Both the position numbers and the translations under genes were made by a program. Shown in pieces: positions 1-9,302 of a DNA stretch of 48,867 nucleotides; within the stretch, counting starts at the first letter, position 1, and the number at the start of each line of letters is the position of its first letter. The notes below the pieces were generated by a model. That model searched no databases, had not been told where the DNA came from, and was given only the letters and a program-made list of their open reading frames with translations. The stretch spans positions 1 to 48,867 of the forward strand of contig VXSV01000047.1 of the NCBI GenBank assembly GCA_009837815.1, given 5' to 3'. This stretch comes from Acidimicrobiia bacterium (GTDB lineage: Bacteria > Actinomycetota > Acidimicrobiia > Spongiisociales > ZC4RG35).

Positions 1-614
1 CCCGAGACGATCACCGCCGCCTCCTCCAAGTCGGGTCCCTGCCGCTCCCGGGCGTGTCGCTCGGTCACCACCGCCCCCGCTCCTCCCACATCGGGTATCT
101 CCACCGGGATCACCTCGGGCGGCGGCCCGCCGACCGGATCGGCCGGGAAAGACTTGGGGCGGATGATGGCCAGGTGGGGACGGGGCCCCCGAAAGGCGGC
201 CACTGCAATTTCGGCGCCTCCCGAGATCTCGTGACGGGTGGTTGCGGCCCCGTCGGGTTCAAGCGTCACATCCACCGCGTTGGAAAGGACCGACAGTCCC
301 AGCCGGACCGCCAGCCGACCGGCCACATCCCTGTCGGTGTAGGCCTGCCCGAATAGGATCACTCCCGGGGAGTGTTCTTCGGCCAGTGCGGCAATCGCAG
401 CAGCCACCGGCGCTCCCGCCAGTGAGTCCCCATGGTCGAAGACGAGCACCCGCCTGGCCCCGTGGTCTCCCAACGCCTCCCAGGACTGTTCCGATCCGCT
501 CCCCGCATAGAGCACGGTGGGCTCGCCCAACTCCCGGGCCTTGGCCAACAACTCCAACCCCAGGGTGGACGGTGCCCCATCGGTCTCTTCGCAGAAGACC
601 CAAATCTCGGCCAT
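1..614 (-). CDS. etfA: Electron transfer flavoprotein subunit alpha (partial, runs off the left edge)
   Basis: Not in the ORF track. Manual translation from ATG at 614 gives MAEIWVFCEETDGAPSTLGLELLAKARELG...GPDLEEAAVIVSG. It starts 2 nt after the etfB stop. Confidence 0.9.
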   Translation of the reverse strand, partial: MAEIWVFCEETDGAPSTLGLELLAKARELGEPTVLYAGSGSEQSWEALGDHGARRVLVFDHGDSLAGAPVAAAIAALAEEHSPGVILFGQAYTDRDVAGRLAVRLGLSVLSNAVDVTLEPDGAATTRHEISGGAEIAVAAFRGPRPHLAIIRPKSFPADPVGGPPPEVIPVEIPDVGGAGAVVTERHARERQGPDLEEAAVIVS

Positions 615-616
615 GG

Positions 617-1375
617 CTAGACCACCTTTGCTTCCTGTAGCTTCTCCAGGATGAGCAGATGTCCCTCGCCCTCATCCTCCGCCACCACTCCGGCGGCCCG
701 TTCCGGCGCGGGGACCACCGAGACCACCTTCTGTCCGACCGAGACCTCCACTCCCAGGGCGGCGACTCCCACTGTCTCGGTGGGCTTCTGCTTGGCCTGC
801 ATTATCCCCCGGAAAGTGGGATAGCGGGGCTCAACCACCCCGGCGGTCACCGAGACCAGAGCGGGAAGGGCGGCGGTGACCACGTCGTAGCCGGCGCTGG
901 TCTGGCGGTTGATGGTGACCCGGTCGCCGGAGACCTCCACCCGGGTGGCGTAGGTGAGGGCCGCTACTCCCAGCAGTTCGGCCATCATCTGGGGCACCAC
1001 TCCCGAGTACCCGTCGGTGGACTCGGGGCCACAAATCACCAGGTCGAATCCGCTGCGTTCGGTCGCTGCCGCCAGGACCCGGGCGGTGGTCAGGGCGTCG
1101 GCGCCCGCCAGTGTCTCATCCTCGACCATGACTGCCTGGTCGGCGCCCATGGCCAGTGCCTGACGGATGCCCTGGGCGCGTCCCACAGGACCCATCGAGA
1201 CCAGGGTTACCGTTCCCTGGTTGGCCTCGGCCAGTCTCAGGCCCATCTCCACGCCGTAGCGGTCGGTGTCGTCGAGGATCTGGTCCTCGGTGCGGACCAG
1301 CAGATGGGTTTCAGGGTCGAATCGTGACGGGTTGGCAGGGTCGGGAATCTGCTTGACGCACACCAGTATCCGCAT
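617..1375 (-). CDS. etfB: Electron transfer flavoprotein subunit beta
   Basis: MRILVCVKQIPD N-terminus; ALAMGAD, STDGYSGVVP and EPRYPTFRGIMQAK motifs; ATG at 1375. Confidence 0.95.
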   Translation of the reverse strand: MRILVCVKQIPDPANPSRFDPETHLLVRTEDQILDDTDRYGVEMGLRLAEANQGTVTLVSMGPVGRAQGIRQALAMGADQAVMVEDETLAGADALTTARVLAAATERSGFDLVICGPESTDGYSGVVPQMMAELLGVAALTYATRVEVSGDRVTINRQTSAGYDVVTAALPALVSVTAGVVEPRYPTFRGIMQAKQKPTETVGVAALGVEVSVGQKVVSVVPAPERAAGVVAEDEGEGHLLILEKLQEAKVV

Positions 1376-1408
1376 GAGCGCGTTTAAGGCTACCAACCCC
1401 GGAACCTC

Positions 1409-2239
1409 CTAAATCCGGGGGAGCAGGGCGGTGAGCAGCCGGCTGAAGTCCTCTTTCACCAGCTCCGCCGTGGCCGCTACATCCTCGTGGGTGAGTCGGT
1501 GGTCAGCGATTCCGGCGGCCAGGTTGGTCACCACCGAAAGGCCGATCACATGCCGCTCCATGTGGCGGGCGCAGATGACCTCGGGCACTGTGGACATGCC
1601 CACCAGGTCGGCGCCCAGGCGGCGGGCCATCTCCACCTCGGCGGGCGTTTCGAAAGTCGGCCCCAGGAACCAGGCGTACACCCCTTCCGATATGGCGATG
1701 TCCTGTTCGGCGGCGACTTCTGAGACCAACCGTCGCAACCGTGGCGTGTACGTGTCGGACATGTCGGGAAAGCGGGTCCCCAGCCGGGAGTCGTTGGGAC
1801 CCACCAACGGATTGATGCCGGCCAGGTTGACGTGGTCGGAGATCGCCACGATCGATCCGGGGGTCATGCCGTCGCCGCAGCCTCCGGCGGCGTTGGTAAC
1901 CACCAGGGTGTGGCATCCGGCCATCAGTGACGCCCGCACAGCGAACGTCAGCACCTCCGGGCTGTAGCCCTCGTAGGCGTGGACCCTCCCCGATAGAAGC
2001 AGCACGCGGTTTTCTCCGAAAAAGGTCGAGTAGAGGGTCCCGGCGTGACCTCTGACGGCCGGGACCGGGAAGCCGGGGATCCTGGGGTAGGGAACCGCCA
2101 CCGCCTCCTCCAGGTGTTCGGGGAAATCCCCCGAAGCGGACCCGAGGACCACCACCACGTCGTGGCTGGGACGGCCCGTGGCTTCGGCTATGGCCAGGGC
2201 GGCGGCCTCCAGCCTCTCGTGCAGGTCGTTTGTCGACAT
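1409..2239 (-). CDS. punA: Purine-nucleoside phosphorylase (trimeric type)
   Basis: GHAG, GRVHAYEG, TNAAGG, GPTFETPAE, VGMSTVPE and VTNLAAG motifs. ATG 2239 lies just after the deoA stop. Confidence 0.95.
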   Translation of the reverse strand: MSTNDLHERLEAAALAIAEATGRPSHDVVVVLGSASGDFPEHLEEAVAVPYPRIPGFPVPAVRGHAGTLYSTFFGENRVLLLSGRVHAYEGYSPEVLTFAVRASLMAGCHTLVVTNAAGGCGDGMTPGSIVAISDHVNLAGINPLVGPNDSRLGTRFPDMSDTYTPRLRRLVSEVAAEQDIAISEGVYAWFLGPTFETPAEVEMARRLGADLVGMSTVPEVICARHMERHVIGLSVVTNLAAGIADHRLTHEDVAATAELVKEDFSRLLTALLPRI

Positions 2240-2241
2240 TC

Positions 2242-3567
2242 TCAATCCATTTCGCTGCTTCGGATTCTCTCTCCAATTAAAGGCGCGATGTCCGGCGGAT
2301 GTCGGTCGATCGACCATGCTCCCGCCAGGAAGTCTCGCACCGCCTCCCATCGGCTCTCCTCCTCGTAGGTCACCTCGGCAAGGGTCTGGCCCTTCTCCAC
2401 CCGGTCACCCGGCTTTGCCAGGATCCTGATTCCCACTCCCGGGTCGATGGAGTCCTCTTTGCGTTCCCGCCCCGCCCCCAGGCGGGTGGCGGCTACGCCC
2501 ACCGTTAGGGCCTGGCACGCCGCGATCCAGCCTGATGTCGCCGCCCGCACCTCGGCTCGCCGGGTGGCCGTGGGCAGGAGGGACGGGTCTTCCACCACTG
2601 CGGGGTCTCCTCCCTGGGCCTCCACCACCCTCCGGAATATCTCCATGGCCTCTCCGGACTTGACCGCCCGGGTCAACATCCTGCGGGCGGCCGCTTCATC
2701 GGAGGCCCCTCCCGCCAGAATCAACATCTCAGACCCCAGGGCCAGGGTCACCTCCCACAGGTCCTCTGGTCCCTCGCCGCGAAGGGTCCGAATCGACTCG
2801 GCGATTTCGCAGGCGTTGCCCACTTCTCTCCCCAGGGGAGACTCCATGCTGGTCAGAAAGGCGGTGGTCGCCACCCCGTGCGCCTTTCCCAGGCCGACCA
2901 TGGTGGTGGCCAGGCGCCGGGCCTCGGCCGGGTCGGGCATGAACGCGCCTGTGCCGGTCTTGACGTCCAGCACCAGACCGTCGAGGTCTTCGGCCAGTTT
3001 CTTGGACATGATCGAAGAGGCGATCAGGGGAAGGGATGAAACGGTACCGGTGGCGTCCCGCAGCGCGTAGAGCTTGGCGTCGGCGGGCGCCAGGTTCTCC
3101 GACTGTCCTCCGTAGACCATTCCGTGGGTGGCGAGCACTTCCATGAAGCGGTCGGAACCAAGGGAAGTGCTCAACCCGGGAATGGACTCCAGCTTGTCCC
3201 GGGTCCCGCCGGTGTGGCCCAGGCCTCGTCCGGTCAGGGTGGGAGTGAGAACTCCGCAGGCTCTGACCATGGGCAACAGCGGTATGGTCACCTTGTCTCC
3301 CACCCCTCCGGTTGAGTGCTTGTCCACCTTGGGACCCCGAAGGCCCGACAGGTCCAGGGTCTCGCCCGAATGCAGCATGGCGTCGGTCCATGTCGATAGT
3401 TCCTCCCCGTCGAGGCCCCGCAGATATACGGCCATCGCCATAGCCGCCATCTGGTAGTCGGTCACCTCGCCGGAGGTGAAGCCCGAGATCAGCCACCTTA
3501 TCTGGTCGGGGGACAGCGCCAGTCCGTCCCTCTTGCGTTCGATCAGTTCGACGGCGGTGAACTTCAC
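2242..3567 (-). CDS. deoA: Thymidine/pyrimidine-nucleoside phosphorylase
   Basis: DKHSTGGVGDK, GRGLGHTGGT, LYALRD and SIMSKK motifs. GTG start at 3567 overlaps the deoB stop (GTGA). Confidence 0.95.
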   Translation of the reverse strand: MKFTAVELIERKRDGLALSPDQIRWLISGFTSGEVTDYQMAAMAMAVYLRGLDGEELSTWTDAMLHSGETLDLSGLRGPKVDKHSTGGVGDKVTIPLLPMVRACGVLTPTLTGRGLGHTGGTRDKLESIPGLSTSLGSDRFMEVLATHGMVYGGQSENLAPADAKLYALRDATGTVSSLPLIASSIMSKKLAEDLDGLVLDVKTGTGAFMPDPAEARRLATTMVGLGKAHGVATTAFLTSMESPLGREVGNACEIAESIRTLRGEGPEDLWEVTLALGSEMLILAGGASDEAAARRMLTRAVKSGEAMEIFRRVVEAQGGDPAVVEDPSLLPTATRRAEVRAATSGWIAACQALTVGVAATRLGAGRERKEDSIDPGVGIRILAKPGDRVEKGQTLAEVTYEEESRWEAVRDFLAGAWSIDRHPPDIAPLIGERIRSSEMD

Positions 3568-4754
3568 GCTACCTCCTTCCAGAATGAGGTTCCCTCTCCG
3601 ACCCGGCGCAGCCCGAAGCCTTCGGCGATGGTCGCCGCCACATCCGAGTAGCGGCCCCGGGTTCCCAGATCCACCCCGGCCGCGTTGCGGCCCGCCACCA
3701 GCAGTGGGACCATCTCCCGGGTGTGGTCGGTGGAGTCGCGGGTTGGATCCGTGCCGTGGTCGGCGGTGATGAACAGCAGGTCGTTTCCTCCCAGGGCCCC
3801 GGACAACGCCGGGATCCAGGAGTCGATTCTTTCCAGGGCGGCCGCGTAGCCGTGGGGGTCCTGTCGGTGGCCGTAACGCATGTCCAGGTCCACCAGGTTG
3901 GTGAAGATCAGGCCGGGGCTTCCCGCCGAGGTCATGGTGGAGAGAGCCGTCACGGTCTTTCCCAGCCCGTCGGCGTCGCCCTCGGTGTGCTCCGAGCGGG
4001 TGAGTCCCCGGCCGCAGAACAGGTCGTTGGTCTTGCCGATGCCCCACACGGTCATCCCGGCCTCCGACACCCGGTCCAGCAGGGTGGTCCCAGGGGGGAG
4101 CATCGAGAAATCCTTTCGGTCGTAGGTGCGCCGGAAATTACCCGGCTTTCCCACGAAGGGCCGGGCAATCACCCTTCCGATCCGGTATTCGTCGCAGTGG
4201 CGTCTGGCGATCTCGCACAGCCGGTACAGTTCGGCGACGCTCAGCACGTCGGCGTGGCAGGCGATCTGGAACACCGAGTCGCCGGAAGTGTAAAGGATGG
4301 GCCCGCCGGTGGCCAGGTGACTCTCACCAAGCTCTGCGATGATGGCGGTGCCGGAGGCGGCCACGTTGCCCAGGAACTTCCTTCCGAACCGGGCCTCGAT
4401 GGGGTCGGTCAACTCTGCGGGGAACCCGTTCGGAAACAGGCCGAAGGGGCGGTTGACCGAAAGCCCGGCGATCTCCCAGTGCCCGCTGGTGGAGTCCTTT
4501 CCCGCCGACGCCGGCCTCATGCGGCCGAAGGCCATGGAGGGGTGGGCGGCGGCCGGAACGCCCTCGATGCCGGGATGGAGGGCTCCGAGGCCTGCTGCGC
4601 CGAGATTGGGAAGCGTCAGCCCGCCGACAGCCCGGGCCACGTTGCCCAGGGTGTCCGAGCCGGAGTCTCCGTACCCTGCCGCATCGGGGGCTTCGCCCGC
4701 TCCGCAAGAGTCAAGCACCATCACCACCGCCCGTTCCAGGGGATGGGGACTCAC
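3564..4754 (-). CDS. deoB: Phosphopentomutase
   Basis: VLDS, GKDSTSGHWEIAG, GRVIARPF, NLVDLDMRYGHR, TADHGTDPT and DHTRE motifs. Confidence 0.95.
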   Translation of the reverse strand: MSPHPLERAVVMVLDSCGAGEAPDAAGYGDSGSDTLGNVARAVGGLTLPNLGAAGLGALHPGIEGVPAAAHPSMAFGRMRPASAGKDSTSGHWEIAGLSVNRPFGLFPNGFPAELTDPIEARFGRKFLGNVAASGTAIIAELGESHLATGGPILYTSGDSVFQIACHADVLSVAELYRLCEIARRHCDEYRIGRVIARPFVGKPGNFRRTYDRKDFSMLPPGTTLLDRVSEAGMTVWGIGKTNDLFCGRGLTRSEHTEGDADGLGKTVTALSTMTSAGSPGLIFTNLVDLDMRYGHRQDPHGYAAALERIDSWIPALSGALGGNDLLFITADHGTDPTRDSTDHTREMVPLLVAGRNAAGVDLGTRGRYSDVAATIAEGFGLRRVGEGTSFWKEVA

Positions 4755-4764
4755 GGACCGCCCC

Positions 4765-5043
4765 TCACCGTAGGACCACGCGGTCGCCCTCCACCGCCAC
4801 GCCTTCTTCTCGCAGCTTCTTGGCCTGCCTGCCGGAGTCGGGGGCTGCCAGCCGGCCGTCGGCCCTGATCACTCTCCACCACGGCGCCGGTCGGACGGTG
4901 GCCCTCAGCAGGTTTCCCACTGCCCGGGCGGCCCCTCGGTACCCGGCCGCGGCGGCCAGTTCGCCGTAGCTGATCACCTCTCCCTCCGGAAGGCAGTCGA
5001 GGACCTCCAGGACCGCTTCCTCGAAGTCCGGGGTGTTCCGCAC
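4765..5043 (-). CDS. Alkyltransferase-like protein (MGMT family, ATL type)
   Basis: C-terminal part of ORF 4765..5595: SYGELAAAAG..AARAVG..PWWRVIRADG, with Trp in place of the PCHRV acceptor Cys. GTG start at 5043 inferred. Confidence 0.85.
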   Translation of the reverse strand: MRNTPDFEEAVLEVLDCLPEGEVISYGELAAAAGYRGAARAVGNLLRATVRPAPWWRVIRADGRLAAPDSGRQAKKLREEGVAVEGDRVVLR

Positions 5044-5048
5044 GGTCC

Positions 5049-5684
5049 TCAGTGGGGAGTTCCGAACAGCCGGTCTCCCATGTCCCCCAGGCCGGGAAGG
5101 ATGTACTTGCGGTGATCCAACTCCCGGTCGTGGCCGGCGGTGAAGACCGGGGTTTCGGGATGGCGTTCCGCCATGGCCTCGACACCCTCCGGACTGGTGA
5201 CCACGCACAAGCAGGCGATGTCGTCGGCGCCCTCCGCCTTGACCAGGTCCACGGCCGCGGCCAGGGATCCGCCGGTGGCCAGCATGGGCTCGAGCACCAG
5301 CACCCGGGCGCCGGACAAGGGCGGGAGTTTGTTGTAGTAGCCGACCGGCCGGGCGGTTTCCTCGTCCCGCTGCAACCCGATGTAGCCGATGCTGGATTCG
5401 CCCAGGAGGTCCAGGGCTCCCTCCACCATTCCCAGCCCGGCCCGAAGGACGGGCACCAGCACGGTGGGTTTGGCGAGCCGGCCCCCCACGAACCCCTCTT
5501 CCATGGGGGTCTCGATCTTGGTGGGCGCCAGCGGCAGGTCTGCGGTCGCCTCCGCCACCAGCAGCCAGGTAAGCCTGCGGGTCATCTCCCGGCACTCCCT
5601 GGGACCGGTGCGCCGGTCCCGGATCACTGTCAGGTAGTGAACCACCAGGGGGTGCTGGACGACGGTGAGATTCGGGTAGGTTAT
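5049..5684 (-). CDS. upp: Uracil phosphoribosyltransferase
   Basis: PVLRAGLGM, EPMLATGGS and YILPGLGDMGDR motifs. Family-like sequence (NLTVVQHPL) extends upstream of GTG 5645; start tentatively placed at ATA 5684. Confidence 0.92.
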   Translation of the reverse strand: MTYPNLTVVQHPLVVHYLTVIRDRRTGPRECREMTRRLTWLLVAEATADLPLAPTKIETPMEEGFVGGRLAKPTVLVPVLRAGLGMVEGALDLLGESSIGYIGLQRDEETARPVGYYNKLPPLSGARVLVLEPMLATGGSLAAAVDLVKAEGADDIACLCVVTSPEGVEAMAERHPETPVFTAGHDRELDHRKYILPGLGDMGDRLFGTPH

Positions 5685-5756
5685 GGCGGCTCTCCCTTCA
5701 TGGGGCCTCTTTCCGCCTCCGGCGAGGAGGATGGGTTGGAAGGGAGGGGAGTCGGT

Positions 5757-5990
5757 TCAGAGGTTGACGACCGGGCAGGTGAGCGTGCGGGTGATGCCCT
5801 GGATCATCTGGATTTCGGAGACCACCAACTTCCCCAGTTGGTCCACGCTGTCAGCCTCCGCCTTGACGACCACGTCGTAGGGACCGGTGACGTTTTCCGC
5901 CTCCCGCACCCCGGCGATAGCCCTCACGTTGCGGGACACCTGCTCGGCTTTCCCGACTTCGGTCTGGATCAGAACATATGCGACAGCCAC
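5757..5990 (-). CDS. Stand-alone Lrp/AsnC ligand-binding domain protein
   Basis: AYVLIQTEVG..VTGPYDVVV..GITRTLTCPV; GGAGG Shine-Dalgarno before the GTG; no HTH. Confidence 0.9.
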   Translation of the reverse strand: MAVAYVLIQTEVGKAEQVSRNVRAIAGVREAENVTGPYDVVVKAEADSVDQLGKLVVSEIQMIQGITRTLTCPVVNL

Positions 5991-6006
5991 GTTTCCTCCT
6001 TGGAGA

Positions 6007-6219
6007 TCAATATCCGTCCTGGCCCATTCGGATGGTGTGGGCGAAGGATCGGTCTCCCTCTTGATCGGTTTCGAATACGATCCGCTGCCCCTGGCGGAGG
6101 AAGCGGAAGATGGAGCCTTCCAGGGAGCCCGGTCGCAACAGAACCGTGCTCCGGTCGTCGTCGCAAACGATCACTCCGACCCCTGTTTCGGGATCGTAGG
6201 TCTTGACGACTCCCTGCAC
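6007..6219 (-). CDS. Cold-shock-domain-like (OB-fold) small protein
   Basis: MQGVVKTYDPETGVGVI...FRFLRQGQRIVF pattern; 70 aa; abuts rpmB. Confidence 0.75.
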   Translation of the reverse strand: MQGVVKTYDPETGVGVIVCDDDRSTVLLRPGSLEGSIFRFLRQGQRIVFETDQEGDRSFAHTIRMGQDGY

Positions 6220-6220
6220 C

Positions 6221-6409
6221 TCAGACCTTTTCCACCTTTCCTGCCTTGATACAAGAAGTGCAGACCCGGGCCCTGCGGGTGTTTGACCCCCGGCGCACCC
6301 TGATCCGCTGTATGTTGGGACGCCACCGACGGTTATTTCGCTTGTGAGAGAAGGTCACGGTCTTGCCGAAGGACGGTTTGCGCCCGCAGACCTCGCATTG
6401 GTACGCCAT
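6221..6409 (-). CDS. rpmB: 50S ribosomal protein L28 (zinc-ribbon type)
   Basis: [36 protein letters not shown]; GGAGG before ATG 6409. Confidence 0.97.
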   Translation of the reverse strand: MAYQCEVCGRKPSFGKTVTFSHKRNNRRWRPNIQRIRVRRGSNTRRARVCTSCIKAGKVEKV

Positions 6410-6415
6410 GGAATT

Positions 6416-6434
6416 CCTCCGAGCCACAAGAATA
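6416..6434 (-). promoter_or_regulatory. Putative -10 box (TATTCT) and Shine-Dalgarno (GGAGG) for rpmB
   Basis: Minus strand reads TATTCT-tgtggctc-GGAGG-aattcc-ATG. Confidence 0.45.
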
Positions 6435-6450
6435 GCGAATCAGTGATGAG

Positions 6451-8754
6451 ATGGCGAACCAGACGGTAGACAAGGGCTCACGGGCCTTGGAGCGAGGGTC
6501 ATCCCCTCAGAACTCTGAGCCCTCCGGCCCGGGCCGGAGCCTGGCCTACCTCCAGGATGTGAGTGTTGAGCGGGTCCGCAACATCGGGCCCCGGCTGGCC
6601 GGGATGCTGGCCAAGAGTGGAGTTCGCTCGGTGGCCGACCTGCTCCAACACTTCCCCCACCGCTATCTGGATCGCTCCCTGGTGGTCCCGATCGCCGAAC
6701 TTCCCATTGACGGGGAGGCCACCCTCATAGCCGAGGTGGTGAGGACCTACCGGCCCCGCGCCTCGGGCCGGAGCGGACCGAGGGAGATGCTGAAAGTGAC
6801 GGTACAGGACCCCCACCTCCGACGATCGGGGCCGGATAGGGCACTGGGCGGAATCCAGCGGATGGAGATCACCTTCTTCAACCAGCCGTTCAGAGGCCGC
6901 CAACTCCACCCGGGGGTCGTGGCCGCCTTTTCGGGGAAGGTGACCACCTTTCGAGGCCGTCCCCAGATGACCAATCCCGACGTGGAGTTGGTCTCGTCCG
7001 ACGAGGAGAGCTTCGAGGGCAAAGTAGTTCCGGTCCACTCGGCGGTAGGGGAGATGACCCCGGTTCGTATCCGGTCAGCGGTTCAGAACGCTCTGGGGAG
7101 GGCCAGGCCGATTCTCGATCCCGTTCCCCGGTCGATTCTGGAGAAAGGGGATTTCATGGACCGGGATCAGGCCTTTGCGAACATCCATTTTCCCAGCAGC
7201 ATGGATCACGCCCGGGAGGCTCGCAGGAGGCTGGTGTTCGATGAACTCTTCCGCATCCAGGTGGCGCTTTCCCTCACCCGCCACCGGCTGGTGGAAGAAC
7301 AGGAGGGAATCTCCCAACGGCTGGAGTGTCAACTGGTGACAGATTTCCTCGACGGCCTTCCCTATGACCTGACCGACGCGCAGAAAAGGGTGTTGGAAGA
7401 GATAGGGGAGGACCTGGAGAGTGGCCGCCCCATGCACCGGCTGCTTCAGGGGGAGGTGGGGTCGGGAAAGACGGTGGTGGCTCTCGCCACCCTTCTGGCC
7501 GCGGTGGGATCGGGGAACCAGGGAGCGATCATGGCGCCCACCGAGGTGCTGGCCGAGCAGCTCTACCTGGTGCTCCGGGAGATGCTCAGCCAGGGCGGTC
7601 TCTCGCCTCCCGTGGCCCGCCCCCAGGTGGGAGGCCGGCACATCGGGTCGCTGTTCCAGGCGGCTGGGAGCGTCACCGTCCGGGTGGCGCTTCTGACCTC
7701 GTCGCGGGCGGCTGCCAACTACCTGGGCAACCCCGGTCGATCCCGGGTGCAGGAGGATGTGGCGGCGGGCGAGGCGCAGATAGTGGTCGGCACCCACTCT
7801 CTCATCCAGGAGAGGATACGGTTCCGGAGACTGGGGGTGGTGGTGGTGGACGAACAGCATCGCTTCGGGGTCTCCCAGCGGAGCACTCTCAAGCACAAGG
7901 GCGCCGATCGGCAGCCGGACCTCCTGATCATGACCGCCACGCCCATTCCCCGCACCCTGTCGATGACCCTCTATGGAGATCTGGTCCTCTCCACCATCGA
8001 CCAGATGCCACCGGGTCGCTCCCCGGTGAAGACCAGGGTGATCGACAAGACCCCCGAAGGGCTGGACGCCGCCTACCAGGCTATCCGGACGGAGGTGGCC
8101 AGGGGACGCCAGGCGTTCGTGATCTGCCCTCTGATCGAGGACAGTGAAAAGCTGGCTGTGCAGTCGGTCACCTCCCAGTACCGGGAGATAACCTCGGTCC
8201 TCCCCGACCTCACGATCGACCTGATGCACGGACAGCTCTCCAGCGTCGACAAGGAAGGGGTCATGGCGAGATTCCGCTCCGGGGAGACCGACGTGCTGGT
8301 GAGCACCACCGTCATAGAGGTGGGGATCGACATTCCCAACGCCACGGTAATGGTCATAACCGACGCCCAGCGGTTCGGTCTCTCCCAACTCCACCAGTTG
8401 AGGGGCAGGGTGGGGCGGGGCCGGCACCCCGGTCGATGTCTATTGGTGGCAGACGCCGCCACCCCTGACTCGGCCCGGCGCATGAAGGCGATGGCCCGGA
8501 CCACCGACGGCCTGGAACTGGCGAGAGAGGACCTCCGGATCCGGGGCCAGGGGGCCGTGTTCGGGGCCCGCCAGTCGGGAATGGGGGACCTCAGGCTGGC
8601 CGACATACTCCGTGATCTCTCGGCCATGAAACGCGCCAAAAGAGCCGCCGACATCCTGGTTGAGAGCGATCCCTACCTGCATCAGCACCCCCTGCTGGCT
8701 GAGGAGATCGCAGAGGTCCTGGGTGACGACGTGCAGTGGCTGTTCGACTCATGA
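6451..8754 (+). CDS. recG: ATP-dependent DNA helicase RecG
   Basis: LLQGEVGSGKT, MAPTEVLAEQ, DEQHRFGV, MTATPIPRTL and QLRGRVGRG motifs. Exact start uncertain. Confidence 0.97.
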   Translation: MANQTVDKGSRALERGSSPQNSEPSGPGRSLAYLQDVSVERVRNIGPRLAGMLAKSGVRSVADLLQHFPHRYLDRSLVVPIAELPIDGEATLIAEVVRTYRPRASGRSGPREMLKVTVQDPHLRRSGPDRALGGIQRMEITFFNQPFRGRQLHPGVVAAFSGKVTTFRGRPQMTNPDVELVSSDEESFEGKVVPVHSAVGEMTPVRIRSAVQNALGRARPILDPVPRSILEKGDFMDRDQAFANIHFPSSMDHAREARRRLVFDELFRIQVALSLTRHRLVEEQEGISQRLECQLVTDFLDGLPYDLTDAQKRVLEEIGEDLESGRPMHRLLQGEVGSGKTVVALATLLAAVGSGNQGAIMAPTEVLAEQLYLVLREMLSQGGLSPPVARPQVGGRHIGSLFQAAGSVTVRVALLTSSRAAANYLGNPGRSRVQEDVAAGEAQIVVGTHSLIQERIRFRRLGVVVVDEQHRFGVSQRSTLKHKGADRQPDLLIMTATPIPRTLSMTLYGDLVLSTIDQMPPGRSPVKTRVIDKTPEGLDAAYQAIRTEVARGRQAFVICPLIEDSEKLAVQSVTSQYREITSVLPDLTIDLMHGQLSSVDKEGVMARFRSGETDVLVSTTVIEVGIDIPNATVMVITDAQRFGLSQLHQLRGRVGRGRHPGRCLLVADAATPDSARRMKAMARTTDGLELAREDLRIRGQGAVFGARQSGMGDLRLADILRDLSAMKRAKRAADILVESDPYLHQHPLLAEEIAEVLGDDVQWLFDS

Positions 8755-9299
8755 TGAGGGTGATCGGCGGCCGGTACCGGGGGCTCCGGCTCAGTGCGCC
8801 CCGGGGTCGGGGCACGCGGCCTCCCACCGGTCGGGTTCGAGAGTCGATCTTCTCGGCTCTGGGGGAGCGGGCGAAAGAAGCCGACGTCCTGGACCTCTAC
8901 GCCGGTTCGGGCAGTTTCGGGATCGAGGCTCTGAGCCGGGGCGGCCGCTCGGCGGTCTTCGTCGAGAGGCGGCGACAGGCGGTGGCGGCGCTCCGCTCCA
9001 ACCTGGACGCCGTCGGGGCCGGCGACTCCGCCGAGGTGTTCTCCTCCAGCGTGGAGAGCTACCTGGCCGTCCCCGATGATGGGCGGCGGTTCAATATAGT
9101 CTTTGCCGACCCTCCCTGGGATATATCATCGGAGGATGTGGCCGGCATGCTTGAGAAAGTGTCGGGCCTTATGACCCGTGGAGCCGTTGCAGTTGTCACC
9201 CGGAGAGCGAACGACGACGTTCCGGCGGCCCCAGGGCTTGCCATCGAGGACCGGCGCCGACACGGCGACACCCAAATAATCAGATATCTCAAGGAGTAG
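8751..9299 (+). CDS. rsmD: 16S rRNA m2G966 methyltransferase RsmD
   Basis: MRVIGG..TRP..RVRESIF, LDLYAGSGSFGIEALSRG and DPPW motifs; ATGA overlap with recG. Confidence 0.93.
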   Translation: MMRVIGGRYRGLRLSAPRGRGTRPPTGRVRESIFSALGERAKEADVLDLYAGSGSFGIEALSRGGRSAVFVERRRQAVAALRSNLDAVGAGDSAEVFSSSVESYLAVPDDGRRFNIVFADPPWDISSEDVAGMLEKVSGLMTRGAVAVVTRRANDDVPAAPGLAIEDRRRHGDTQIIRYLKE

Positions 9300-9302
9300 A
9301 GG

